DNA from: Cyanidioschyzon merolae
Lineage: Eukaryota
Direction: 5' to 3' (one strand)
Assembly (NCBI GenBank): GCA_000091205.1
Contig: AP006487.2
DNA: 64,000 nucleotides
Position 1 is the first letter of the stretch. The number at the start of each line of letters is the position of its first letter. The notes beneath the pieces were generated by a model. It saw only the letters and a list, made by a program, of their open reading frames with translations, had not been told where the DNA came from and ran no database searches. Shown one piece after another: positions 34,761 to 45,132 of this stretch. The position numbers and the translations under genes are program-made.

Positions 34761-36789
34761 AGCTACTTTGTGGAATCCTTGGAAAATTAGTATTATCGAC
34801 TGTGTGGGATCCCGAGAATGAGGATCCCTCACTGCTGCTTGAAACGAGGTCATGCGGCGGCACGAAACCGCCAGTGGTCAAGAGCTTGGATAAGCGTTGC
34901 GCGCTGCGTAGACGCCTCCGCACGAGCCACGACGCTCCTAGCCGCACCAGAGCGATGACGAGGACGCCTTGCATCGGTAATGAATAGTTCTGCTGCAGTT
35001 ACATCTTGCCGTGTACAGAGACTCAGCGGTTACGTCACTTGCGCTGGAGAGCACTGCTGGCGCTCAGATACTCGCGTTTTAGTCTTAATTATCCCGCAGC
35101 GTTTTTTGCTAATCCCACGTCAACACGAGAGAGAACGAACTCGAACTCGCTAACTCGGACGAACACACGAATGTTTGCGTTTTCCGAATGTCATGAATAC
35201 TAGCCTTAGAGGGTTTTTGTGCGACTGCGTCCTTTTCTTCTCTCTCATCTCCGGCTCTCAGTACGTCGCCCTCACCTATCTCCCCAGTTCCCTTGCCAGC
35301 AGTCGAAGGATACTGGAGAGAGCATTCATGTCCCGATTTCGCAGCTTCCGGTTGCTGTCGACACGTTTCGTGCGCATACGATTGTTGCGATGAATTCCTC
35401 GCTTACCTTTTTCATCTTGTTTGCGTACGCTTTCGGTGCGCATTTCGCACTTGCATCAACTTGCTCTGGGAAGGTTCCCGTAAATGTCCAGGACATATCC
35501 TTTTTCACGTGCCGCCATGTGGGGCGCGAACACTCGCTTCGTGGCCGTTTAAGTGCTCTTGATTGGAACTGAAGTCTTGCGTGGATGGCGTCTGCCGTTT
35601 TCGGACTCGGCACAGTAGCCTGTGATCGCACGCCTCAGCGGGGCGATTCACGAGGCGAGTACGCTGTCCGCTGCATGCGCTGGCGCATCTTGTTCCATTC
35701 GGCAGAGGATTTGTGGTACGTAATGTTGTGTATGATGAAACAAGCAGCGGCGGGTAAATCCAGACCGGAGAACCAGTCGTGTGGTATCGATTTGCATGCG
35801 CTCCTTTTGTACAGCTCGGTGACGCACCCGCCAATGACTTCGATCACAGCCATGACACAAGCCCGAGTCGTTGACCGTTTTCTATGCAAACACAAGAGAC
35901 GCTTGCTTCTCGGCGCATGTCCCATGAAAGGCGTCATTCTGCTGCGGAATCCGCTTCCGTCCATGAACTAACACAAAGGAGGATTTTTCTTTCAAACGAA
36001 ATCTATTTTTTGAGGTGACGATTTCAGTTAAATTTTGTGATGCGCTTTTAACAAAGTAGTCGAAGGGCGACATCAAGTCACGTTTTCCATGTTCCACGCA
36101 GCGATTAGCATCCCTGCGCCCACGAGTTGCCTCGAAACAAAGAGATTGACAACATGATTCATGGATGATTTCAGCACGTTACTTGACCGGTAAAATCAAA
36201 ATTGGAGGCTTGCAAGTATAGAATGAATAACAATATTGCTTATTTTACAAACCTTGGCTTGACGGCAACGAGAATCGTCCTGATTCCGATGACGTTACGA
36301 ATTCCAGCGGCAGACTCGAATGAGCCATGCTGCAGTGGAGACTAGGAGTCCTCACTCTACTTGAGGATTTGAAATCTCTTATTGATGCGCTTCGAATGCC
36401 AAACCAGTACATGTAAAAAAGTTCGGAAAAAGTCGCAAGGCAGAAACAGAACGTTCCGCCCAGCACTCCGTGCTAGTCAGACACCGGTTTATCGAGCAAC
36501 TGTACATCCCGCGCCACGGCGAGGCGCGCGTTTCGCTGCACAGAGCGAAATCTGCGATGCGCGGCAGATCGCTGCGGCGGTTATACTCGCGCGCTAATAC
36601 TCGCACTCTTGTACTCGCCCAAGTACACTTCTGCAGTCATACTTGCGTCGTTACAGTTGTGCAGCGTCATTTGCTGCAAAACGGAGGCGATCCTTATTCG
36701 ACGGACTCTGTTGAAGCAACCGCTTGAGGTGTTATTTATTTACTGCAAAACGCGAACACTGTAAGGCTCCAATACTACGAAAGCCATAA

Positions 36790-38283
36790 ATGTCGCGACA
36801 GGTTCAGGACACAATGGAGGGGTTCTTCAAGAGCTGCAAACGTCAACGAATAAACTTGACGTCCACGAAGACAAAGCAGGGCCTTGCGGCGACCGAGTGT
36901 CTCAAGGAGAAACAATGCTCGAGCCTGGGAGCTACACCAGAAGGAACCGGAGCCGGCCGTGCGCCTCAGCGCTCGCCCAGAAGAACGCAACAGGCCGGGG
37001 CTCAGGCTGGAGCGAGTGCACCAGACGCACCACCAGCGGGACGCGCCGTCGAATTCCAGCGCGTTTGCCGAGCACTCGAGACGCTGCTCAGGGACGGCAC
37101 CTCAGAGTCTCTTTTCATCGCAGGGCTCCCCGGCAGTGGCAAGACCTACGTTGTCGAGCGAGCCCTCGCAGCTTTCAGAACACGTCTCCAAGGCGTGCAT
37201 ATCAATCTCGCGGGGATTCTGCGAGATGATATGCTGATCGAGACGCTCGCCAATGCCCTAGCTCCTCCGAAGACAACGGGAGCGAGGTTGCGTGCCAACG
37301 GTGCTGGTCAGGCGCGTCGCCAGGCGACTCGTTCGCTTGGCGCGAACCCGCAAGCGATCGATACGCTGCTTCAAAGCCGCCTCCAGGGCAATCGTCGACC
37401 ACTCTGCCTGGTGTTGGACGAGATCGATCTCTGGTTGACACAGCGTGGACGACGTTCCCTCGCGTATTCGCTTCTAACGATACCAACGCGTTTCCCGGAG
37501 CATTGCTGCATCATCGGCATCGCGAATGCACTGGATTTCACAGAGCGAGTGCTGCCGGCGCTGCGCTGTGCTACAAGCATCGAGCCGAACGTGCTCATTT
37601 TCACGCCTTATACAGCTGAAGATCTGATCGCCATTGCCGTGGAGCGGTTGCTAGAGCAAGGATGCGCTCAAACGGCATCCCGGGACGGCATCGAGGCGTC
37701 TGCACTGGAGCTGGCAGCTCGTAAAGTCGCAGCCGCACATCAGGGCGATGTTCGAACCATGCTGAGCGCCTGTCGAAGCATCGTGGACAAGGCAACAGAG
37801 ACCAGGCCTAGCGCGCATTCAGCGGTCGCCGCGCTGCAGGCAGTGGTCACTCAACTGTACAGCAAGCCTAATGCCAATTCCGTCCTGGAGACGATTCGAT
37901 CCCTGCCGACGCAGCAGCAGATGATTCTGTGGGTGCTCGCCCAGAACGCACACAGCACCGCCATTACACTGCGCGATTTGTGCGCAGAGGCGCGGCGTCT
38001 CTTCACCAAGCTTCGTTTGGATCCCGTGGATCTCTCGACGCTGCATGAGATTTGCAGTATCTCTCTGCGACATCACGGTATGGTAACGTATGCAGCGGCG
38101 TGTAAGCGTGGAGCGCAATACGGCCTCTCTTTGCCAAGCGCCAAGGTGCGGCTGCAGATCGCCCCTGCTGATGTTTACGATGCCCTCAGAGCGACTCCAA
38201 GTTTGCACGCGCTGCTCGGTTCCGCAGCGGTTCCGAGTTACGAAAGCGCCCATGGGCACGTTGAATGTGCACGCACTGCTTGA
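36790..38283 (+). CDS. CDC6: Cdc6/Orc1-family AAA+ ATPase (no BAH domain, so more likely CDC6)
   Basis: Walker A is FIAGLPGSGKTYVV and Walker B is LCLVLDEIDLW. Sensor-1 is IIGIANALDFTERVLPALR. The FTPYTAEDLIAI and sensor-2 block ALELAARKVAAAHQGDVRTMLSACRSIVDKA matches Cdc6/Orc1 (FCARKVAAVSGDARKALDVCRRA). Confidence 0.65.
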   Translation: MSRQVQDTMEGFFKSCKRQRINLTSTKTKQGLAATECLKEKQCSSLGATPEGTGAGRAPQRSPRRTQQAGAQAGASAPDAPPAGRAVEFQRVCRALETLLRDGTSESLFIAGLPGSGKTYVVERALAAFRTRLQGVHINLAGILRDDMLIETLANALAPPKTTGARLRANGAGQARRQATRSLGANPQAIDTLLQSRLQGNRRPLCLVLDEIDLWLTQRGRRSLAYSLLTIPTRFPEHCCIIGIANALDFTERVLPALRCATSIEPNVLIFTPYTAEDLIAIAVERLLEQGCAQTASRDGIEASALELAARKVAAAHQGDVRTMLSACRSIVDKATETRPSAHSAVAALQAVVTQLYSKPNANSVLETIRSLPTQQQMILWVLAQNAHSTAITLRDLCAEARRLFTKLRLDPVDLSTLHEICSISLRHHGMVTYAAACKRGAQYGLSLPSAKVRLQIAPADVYDALRATPSLHALLGSAAVPSYESAHGHVECARTA

Positions 38284-38351
38284 ATCTGCAAAGGCTGGGA
38301 ATTGCGAAAGCATCCCTGGGACTGCGCTCCTTGGCGTCTGACGCGAATGCG

Positions 38352-40658
38352 CTAGCTTCGGGCTGCCCGCCGCTGACCCTCGACACGTATCGTTTGCTCG
38401 AGACGCCTTGCCGCCACAGCCAGCTCCGCCGGTGCATAGGTGCGCAAGCGAAGCAGATCAAGATAGAAGCACGTCGAGTGTTGGACGTAGCGATCACGCA
38501 CGCGGGCTGTTCGGGCCTCAGTAGCCTCGAATGCTGGATCGAACTTCCACGAGGCGTCCAGCGCACGCGTATCCCAACCGACGGCCTCCGCGGTGCTTCG
38601 CAGGGTTCCGGTGCTCGTGTCGACCGGAAACAGCGCGCTTGCGTTTGGTGCTTGATCGGGCACCTGGGCAGTAGATTCCTTTCGTGCGGGTGGCGTTATC
38701 GCTAACGCCGTGCCCTGCGTGCCAGTGACCTTCAGCTCGGCCAAGTAAAGATAACGGTCGCGCCAGCACTGTATGACGCGAAGCGCTCTCCGGGCATCCT
38801 CGAAGAGGCCCGCCAGATCCTTGATGCGCTCGTGGAATGCACGCCAAACCATTCCTTCGCGAAGCTCGTTTTCCGGATCGGGGAAAACACATGCACCGTT
38901 GATCGGCGATGATATCGTGTCTAGGTCTACGAATGCCTCGCCTGCAATGCTTCTTTCATTGCAAAGGAGAAACGCCAAGTCACCGAGCGCATCTCCGCGA
39001 CGTACCTCTGCAGCTGGGCTACCGGCTTGCAGTCGGCAACAGCTGCAACGACAGTAGCGATCGGAGCCGCATCGTCGCGATTGCTCGCCGGAAAGCGCTT
39101 CCTCGAGACGCTGCAGATGCTCCAGCGTCTCAGCAACTCGAGTTGCTTCCCGGGCAAGTCGATTGGCGCAGCGTACGTGCCTGTCGACACGCACCTGCAA
39201 GGTTCGTAACAGTTTCTCTTGTGTCTGAAGCAAAATCTCCAAGTCAGGAAGACCCCCCTCCAGCGCAGTCAAGTTGCCGCTTTCGCCGAATGCAGTGCAT
39301 TCCCATCGAGAGCGCTGCATTGGATGCTGTATCAAGCCTGTGATCCATTCATCGATCCGAAGGCGATATTTCCAGTGCCAGAAATGCAGCGCGGCAACCA
39401 AGGCGTGCGGCCTCAACGACGCAAACCACGCCCTCCAGGACGGACCTGAAGGCATCCGGCAGCTTGGTGCGTCGGGCAGCGGGTGCCGTCCTGCAACCGC
39501 AACCACCGGCGGAGCTTCCTCAAAAGTGGGCGCTCCCGCTGCACGCATCCAGCGGAGGTCCTCCGGACACCTGAGAAATGCATCCACCAGGGGACTCTGT
39601 CGCAGAACCGGATGGCTCAGGACGCGGCCCAGGAAGCGCTCCAGGTCGCGCGCGACCTGCGCTGCAATTCCTCTGCTGAACATCGCTCGGAGTTCCAGCC
39701 AAAGCGGAATCGACGGTAACACAGGAATGATACAGGCTGGATGGACTCGCTCAAGCGACGACCTGAGCTCCAAAAAGTCTGCGGCACATCGCCACACGGC
39801 GTATTGGTTTCCTTGCGGGTCCCGCGGTGCCGTATGTTCGCGAACTTGACTCGCCGTGTCCGGCACTTCGAGGTGCCTCTGTCCTCGCCATGCAGCATCG
39901 GTTGGGTCGTTCTCCAGTGAACCTCGACTCGTTTTGGATTTGCCGGGCAGGATCACCGACACCAGGAAGCCCCCTTTCCTGTTCTGACCGAGAAATCCGA
40001 AACATCGCAGGAGGCGCACTGAAAGACGGCGATCGTTCGGTTGCCTTGGCTCTCGTAAAGTGCTTCGATGAACGACCCGCACTGAAGGCGAGCCACAACC
40101 CCAGGATGTCGCTGTTCGCTCCAAGTGTAATCGCTCACCTGCGAAAAAATGCTGCTTCTCGGACATGGCGCTCTGCGTGATCATGGGAGGCTCCATTGCG
40201 CAGCAGTTTGCAACACTGCTGCTGCTGCTGCTGCTGCTAAGCGTCCGGGCGTGAGCTCCTGCAGCGCTCTGCGTTTGCCTTTCGTGACACATACCTGCGA
40301 CCCGCTTCGGATACTCTTCCGCAAACGTGCCTGTGGTTGCTCGTTCGTCAGCATATGTGCTGCGTTGTTCGCCGCTTGCCTCCAGAAGCAGTGCGCAGCA
40401 ACTCGAAGCGCGCGCTCTTGCACCGGCCCGCGAACTGTCAAACCGTTCCCTGTTGCTTCCAGCGGCATCCGCGACGGACTCTCTGGCCACTATCCAAAGC
40501 GTGTGCTTGCGCTTCTCAGAGTCAGGCTTGGACCGGCCGGTGTCCGCTCCAGATTCCCAAGAAGGCGCCGCGGCGAGTTTCGAGAAGCCACAAACGCGAT
40601 GCGCTTCTGAGCGCCATCCAAACTGCATCGAGGACGCCCGAGCGAAAGTCCACAGCAA
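38352..40658 (-). CDS. PX-domain protein, sorting-nexin-like (possible SNX-BAR)
   Basis: The PX-like block AVWRCAADFLELRSSLERVHPACIIPVLPSIPLW....ARDLERFLGRVLSHPVLRQSPLVDAFL matches R(R/Y)SDF..L...L...P.LP.K....R..LE.FL..L...P.L. The C-terminal half is helical. Poly-Ser is encoded by the (GCT)n run at 40213..40236. Confidence 0.5.
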   Translation of the reverse strand: MLWTFARASSMQFGWRSEAHRVCGFSKLAAAPSWESGADTGRSKPDSEKRKHTLWIVARESVADAAGSNRERFDSSRAGARARASSCCALLLEASGEQRSTYADERATTGTFAEEYPKRVAGMCHERQTQSAAGAHARTLSSSSSSSSVANCCAMEPPMITQSAMSEKQHFFAGERLHLERTATSWGCGSPSVRVVHRSTLREPRQPNDRRLSVRLLRCFGFLGQNRKGGFLVSVILPGKSKTSRGSLENDPTDAAWRGQRHLEVPDTASQVREHTAPRDPQGNQYAVWRCAADFLELRSSLERVHPACIIPVLPSIPLWLELRAMFSRGIAAQVARDLERFLGRVLSHPVLRQSPLVDAFLRCPEDLRWMRAAGAPTFEEAPPVVAVAGRHPLPDAPSCRMPSGPSWRAWFASLRPHALVAALHFWHWKYRLRIDEWITGLIQHPMQRSRWECTAFGESGNLTALEGGLPDLEILLQTQEKLLRTLQVRVDRHVRCANRLAREATRVAETLEHLQRLEEALSGEQSRRCGSDRYCRCSCCRLQAGSPAAEVRRGDALGDLAFLLCNERSIAGEAFVDLDTISSPINGACVFPDPENELREGMVWRAFHERIKDLAGLFEDARRALRVIQCWRDRYLYLAELKVTGTQGTALAITPPARKESTAQVPDQAPNASALFPVDTSTGTLRSTAEAVGWDTRALDASWKFDPAFEATEARTARVRDRYVQHSTCFYLDLLRLRTYAPAELAVAARRLEQTIRVEGQRRAARS

Positions 40659-40968
40659 CTATGTGTGCGGTGGCGGGCACCAGCTTTTGTCGCACGCGAG
40701 TTCCGTCACTGTTGACACAAGTCTTCGTTCCGCAAGAGACACTTCCGCTCTTTCGGTTCGTTCGCAGTCTTCTCGGCTACTTTTCTAAAGGCACAGGGCG
40801 AAATGCGCCCCGTCACCGAGCGCTGCTCAGCACTCGTCCAGAAAGTGGCACCACGAAAACGTCAAGTACAGAGATATCACCAAACGGTGTTGCGAGTAGC
40901 GTCCGCTGGATCCAGTGGAGGCGTTTTTAGTCTTTCAATTCAATTCCTTCGTCTGCGCTGCAGTGCGT

Positions 40969-42330
40969 AGCAGGAGATCGAAAAGACTAGCCAATGAACC
41001 GAACAGATCGTAGAGGGATTACCTGCAGGAATATACTCGTGAAGGAACAGTGCATGGAGGTCTGCATTCCTCCTTCAGGTCAGTTATGCAACAGGACTCA
41101 GATGGCTGAGGAACTCTGAAACAACCAAGAATACGCGCTCCGCGCCAAAAGCCGATATTCTCGAAGACTGGATGCGGTCAATGGTAGAAAACCACCCGTT
41201 GATCACCTGTTCTGGAAGGAAATAGCGACGATAGTAGCCACCATGGGCGACTCTGTTTCCCACCAGCTTGTTCGTGTGGTGCTGAAAACTCTAGGGTACA
41301 GTCGCTAAAGAGAGTCCGGGTCCACGCATGGCCATCTTCCACCGGCACCAAAATGGCAGCGTTCCTGGAACTCAGCGATCAGTATGACGTCCACGGACGT
41401 CGGTTTGTTTTTTCCCAGTCGATGCGGCTTCCTTCGGACGAGGCGGTCGGTGCGTTTATGGGTATCCTCGGAGATGGCGTCTGTGCTATGTACGAACGAA
41501 CTTTTAGAGAACGAGCATGTCATCAACTGTTCGAGCTGCAGTGGATTCTTTTGGCGGCCTCAGTTTCGCTCATAGACAAGACACATACAAGAGCAGCAAC
41601 GAATTCGTCGAATCACTGAAGACGGTTCTCTGACGTCTTCTGACAACCCTCTGTTGGACAACGTGACATTTCACGATTCTTCTTGCGTTCGAGTCTCTGC
41701 AGATTCTGTTGGAATAGAGCCGCTTTTCATTCCTCCGTACGCGCCGTAGTTTAACGCCATCGAAGAAGTCTTTCTTATCATCGAACGTGGTGATCGCTCC
41801 ACTGGGCGAACCGCTGAAGCGTTCAGCACACCGGGACGCCCGGGTACGCCTCGTCGCTCTTCCGCAAGTCCACCTCTGTCCGGAGACGTCCTTACCTCAA
41901 GGCGTAAAAAAGTGCGTCCATTTAAAGAAATAAAAAATCTGACGGCTGAGCTGGGGTGTACACTTCAGAGGGTCGAGACGGAGATAAGCCAGCGGAGCGC
42001 TTCGGCAACAGATATGCACGGCGAGCTGACAGAGCACCGGGTAGCATAGAGGGCACGGGTTCGATCACTCCTTGCATGGCTGCGTTCCGTCAGAGGCGAT
42101 AAACGCATGGGGTTCGTGAACCGAGAATGCAACGTCGCCAACAATATGAGGCGATGTGTGGCGCTGAAGACGAGACCCGAGGAGATGAAGCGATCCAGCT
42201 TCCTGGGGTGTCCTCGAAGCCTCCAGGTATCCAAGGAGAGGATGAAACGCATGGCAGGGGGCCGGTCGAAAAAGGCTGTGGTGCGTCTACCAGTTGGTAT
42301 TCATTCACCCTAGGGTTCTAAAAGTTTTCG
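40969..42330 (+). mobile_element. Composite element family T, copy B (1362 bp)
   Basis: Near-identical to 26456..27818, with the same DDE remnants and a MGFVNRECNVANNMRR tail. Confidence 0.55.
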
Positions 42331-43044
42331 TTCTACCGAGTGGAGCCAGCCATGCCCTCTACAGAATGCTCTCGGGATTTGTATGCTCTGCCGCCCAGTC
42401 TCGAGAGCTTATACCGGCCTCTGGTAGTCATTCGCAGACCTGAATCCCTACCGACCTTCGTTTCCTGGCAGCGTCGATCATGTATCTTTGATGAACTTGT
42501 CAAAGGCTGCGGCAGGCCGTCAGAATGCCGTAGGATTCCACTCGAGCAAGGTCGAAGGCATTCGCTCGCACGCATGCTTGCGAAGAAGCTGAACAGAGCT
42601 CGCCTTATCCAGACCACGTATACGTTATATCGATCAATACACTACGCGTCTTCCGTGCATATTGGCCATGCATCATGAAGTGTGCGACCATGCCTCTGGA
42701 GATAAAGCGCACAGGTTTGGTGCTCCCGAAGCCTGCCCCAGCAGAGGGCGCCCCCGGCACAGGCGGAGCTTTCTTTGAGCGCTGGGAACACTTGCACGCA
42801 GTAACGCAGCAAGCCTAGTGTTAACCGTGGATTACATCGAATCTGATCACGCAGTCTGTTTGCACTCTGTATCAGCTTTGTTTCTAAGGGAAGCGACGCG
42901 GGCGTCAGCGGCTCGCTACCGCTACGCAAGCGGGTGCCGCTCGTCCGCTTGCATTTCAACGATCCAGCAGCGCTGTGCTTGCGTTTCCGGTGTGGGAGAA
43001 GCTGGTGCAATCCTCTCTAGCAGACTGAGTTCGTCGCCGTTTGG

Positions 43045-44355
43045 TTGCTCATGATAGACGCTGGAAGTGTCGATGGAGCCTCTGCGAACGATTCCGCTGA
43101 AGTCTACCCGCAACCGCACGCTGGTCTCAGCGATGCAGGTGTTGGACACAGTCGAGTACCCGGCCTGGAGCGTTGCACGTCGCCACCAGGGCAGACAGCA
43201 AAACCGATAAACTGCTTGGTTGTTGGTATGGCTGGGAGCGGTAAGTCGTCCCTGGTTTCGCGGTTGGTCTCGCACGCGAATGAAAAGCAGTGGGCCTGGA
43301 AAGCGATCAATCTCGACCCAGCTGTGCAGACGCTGTCGTTCCCAGCTGATCTGGATATCCGCGACACTGTGTCGTACTCGCGTGTCATGGAAGAGTACAG
43401 GCTCGGTCCGAATGGTGCAATTCTGACGGCGTTGAACCTTTTTGCAGCCCAGTTTGAGCGTGTACTCGATTTTATAGAGAGTGCTTGTGGTCCAAGTCGC
43501 GAAAATGCAACCGCGAATGAAAGCGACCAGGTGCTCGCGAGCTCGACGGCGCCACGTTTCATCTTCTTCGACACACCTGGGCAGATTGAAGCGTTTACCT
43601 GGTCTGCGTCAGGTATGATTGTGACGGAAACGCTGGCAGCGGTTGCCGAGTACCCCACTGTATTGCTGTATGTAGTGGACATTCCGCGCTGTGTTCGGAA
43701 CGTGCTCACATTTACGAGTAATATGCTCTACGCCTGTTCGATGTTGTACAGATCACGAATTCCTCTCCTTGTTTTGTGGAACAAGTGTGACTGTGTCTCC
43801 AGGGAGGAGGCAGATCGTTTAGGAACATGGATGCACGATTTTGAGGCTTTCGATGCAGCCCTCGAAGCCGGTAACGAAGCGAGCCGCACCCCTGGCGGCG
43901 GTGACTATGCGGTGAGTTTCTCACGTAGTCTCGCGCTAGCCCTGAACGAGTTCTATCAACAGGTCCCGTGCGTGTTTGTCAGCGCAACCACCGGCGAGGG
44001 TATGGATCGGCTCTTCGAATCGCTAGAGCACGCGCGAGTCGAGTACGAGCGCAGCGAATACCTCCAGCAAGTGCGTCAGCGGAAACGAGAACGTACAGCT
44101 GCTGAAGAACGCCGGCTGGAAAGGGAACGCCATCGTTTTCGGGCTGCGCATCGATCGACTGGAGATGGTGACAGCAACCAGGCGGGCGCCTCCGCCACGA
44201 CAGAGGCCACGAGCCGTGATCGTTTGCGCATGCGTCTGCAACGTGCTCAGCGGAACGGGTATCACGAGCACCAGGATGCTTCCCCTAATGAGGACGAGTC
44301 TGAAATGCGCCGACTTGCTGAGCGCTTTTCGCGAACGGGCCCGCGCTCCACCTGA
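43045..44355 (+). CDS. GPN1: GPN-loop GTPase 1 (XAB1/Npa3 family)
   Basis: The P-loop is GMAGSGKSS and the GPN motif is YRLGPNGAIL. FIFFDTPGQIEAFTW and LVLWNKCDC complete the match. There is a charged low-complexity C-terminal tail. Confidence 0.85.
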   Translation: MLMIDAGSVDGASANDSAEVYPQPHAGLSDAGVGHSRVPGLERCTSPPGQTAKPINCLVVGMAGSGKSSLVSRLVSHANEKQWAWKAINLDPAVQTLSFPADLDIRDTVSYSRVMEEYRLGPNGAILTALNLFAAQFERVLDFIESACGPSRENATANESDQVLASSTAPRFIFFDTPGQIEAFTWSASGMIVTETLAAVAEYPTVLLYVVDIPRCVRNVLTFTSNMLYACSMLYRSRIPLLVLWNKCDCVSREEADRLGTWMHDFEAFDAALEAGNEASRTPGGGDYAVSFSRSLALALNEFYQQVPCVFVSATTGEGMDRLFESLEHARVEYERSEYLQQVRQRKRERTAAEERRLERERHRFRAAHRSTGDGDSNQAGASATTEATSRDRLRMRLQRAQRNGYHEHQDASPNEDESEMRRLAERFSRTGPRST

Positions 44356-45132
44356 TGGAAATGCGGTTGCGGAGCTGGCTCTGTCGATGCCCGCTGCTAC
44401 GTGTGTGTGTGAACGCGCGCGCCCAGCCCCCGGACCAGGCAGGCCGTATACGCGTTCGGTGTCCATCGCAAAGTGCACCGGCACCGGCACCGGCGAGTCT
44501 CCCGCAGAGTCCCACAGCGAACGAGCACCAAGCAAGCGTCGCCCCGTACTCTGGTTTGGTCTCAAGTCCATGTGCGGGGCGCTGGTACAACGAGCGCTCT
44601 TCGTTCGAGGGCGCAAATATGCGCTTGCGCGCAGTCGCCTCGACCGTGGTTCGATACTGCCCACGGTGTCTGTTCGCGAGCGCTGCGAATACCCTGAAAG
44701 CGCCTGATACGCGATAGGTGGCGCCATGCGGGCTTCATCGGCGCCGCACAGGCGCTGCGTGCGCGTACCCGAATGGCGAGCGTGCAGGGCGGCAGCGGTA
44801 CGCTGCTGGCGCACGATAATCGCTCAAGGCGCTCCGCTACAGCGCGCGTGCAGTGACGTGTCCTGTGCGTGTCTTTGGTATGCGACACGCATTGGCAGTG
44901 CGCGTGCATGCGCGATGCGTGTCGCTGTCCTCGTTGGTAGAGCTGGTGGAGTCTCCTTTTGGTGTCTGCTGGGGATTTCTCCATTCAAGGGGGTCTTGCA
45001 TTCACTTGGGGCGAATATCGAGTTCATAGCGTCTATGACCCGAACCGGCGCCGCCTAGTGAGCGATGTGATTGCGGAATCGCCATGTGCTGGACGTGCGT
45101 GGTTGCGGCTCGGCGAGCAGCTGGGGGCATCC

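Noticed and set aside
35230-35400. Possible fourth, highly diverged R-family fragment (..ccagcagtcgaaggatactgg..)
   Set aside because: The similarity is limited to roughly 20-30 nt blocks and is too weak to call without an alignment tool.
44023-45130. ORFs 44023..44814 (-), 44165..44707 (+), 44562..44984 (-) overlapping the 3' end of GPN1
   Set aside because: GC-rich low-complexity region giving spurious ORFs in several frames. The minus-strand 263-aa ORF overlaps the well-supported GPN1 C-terminus.
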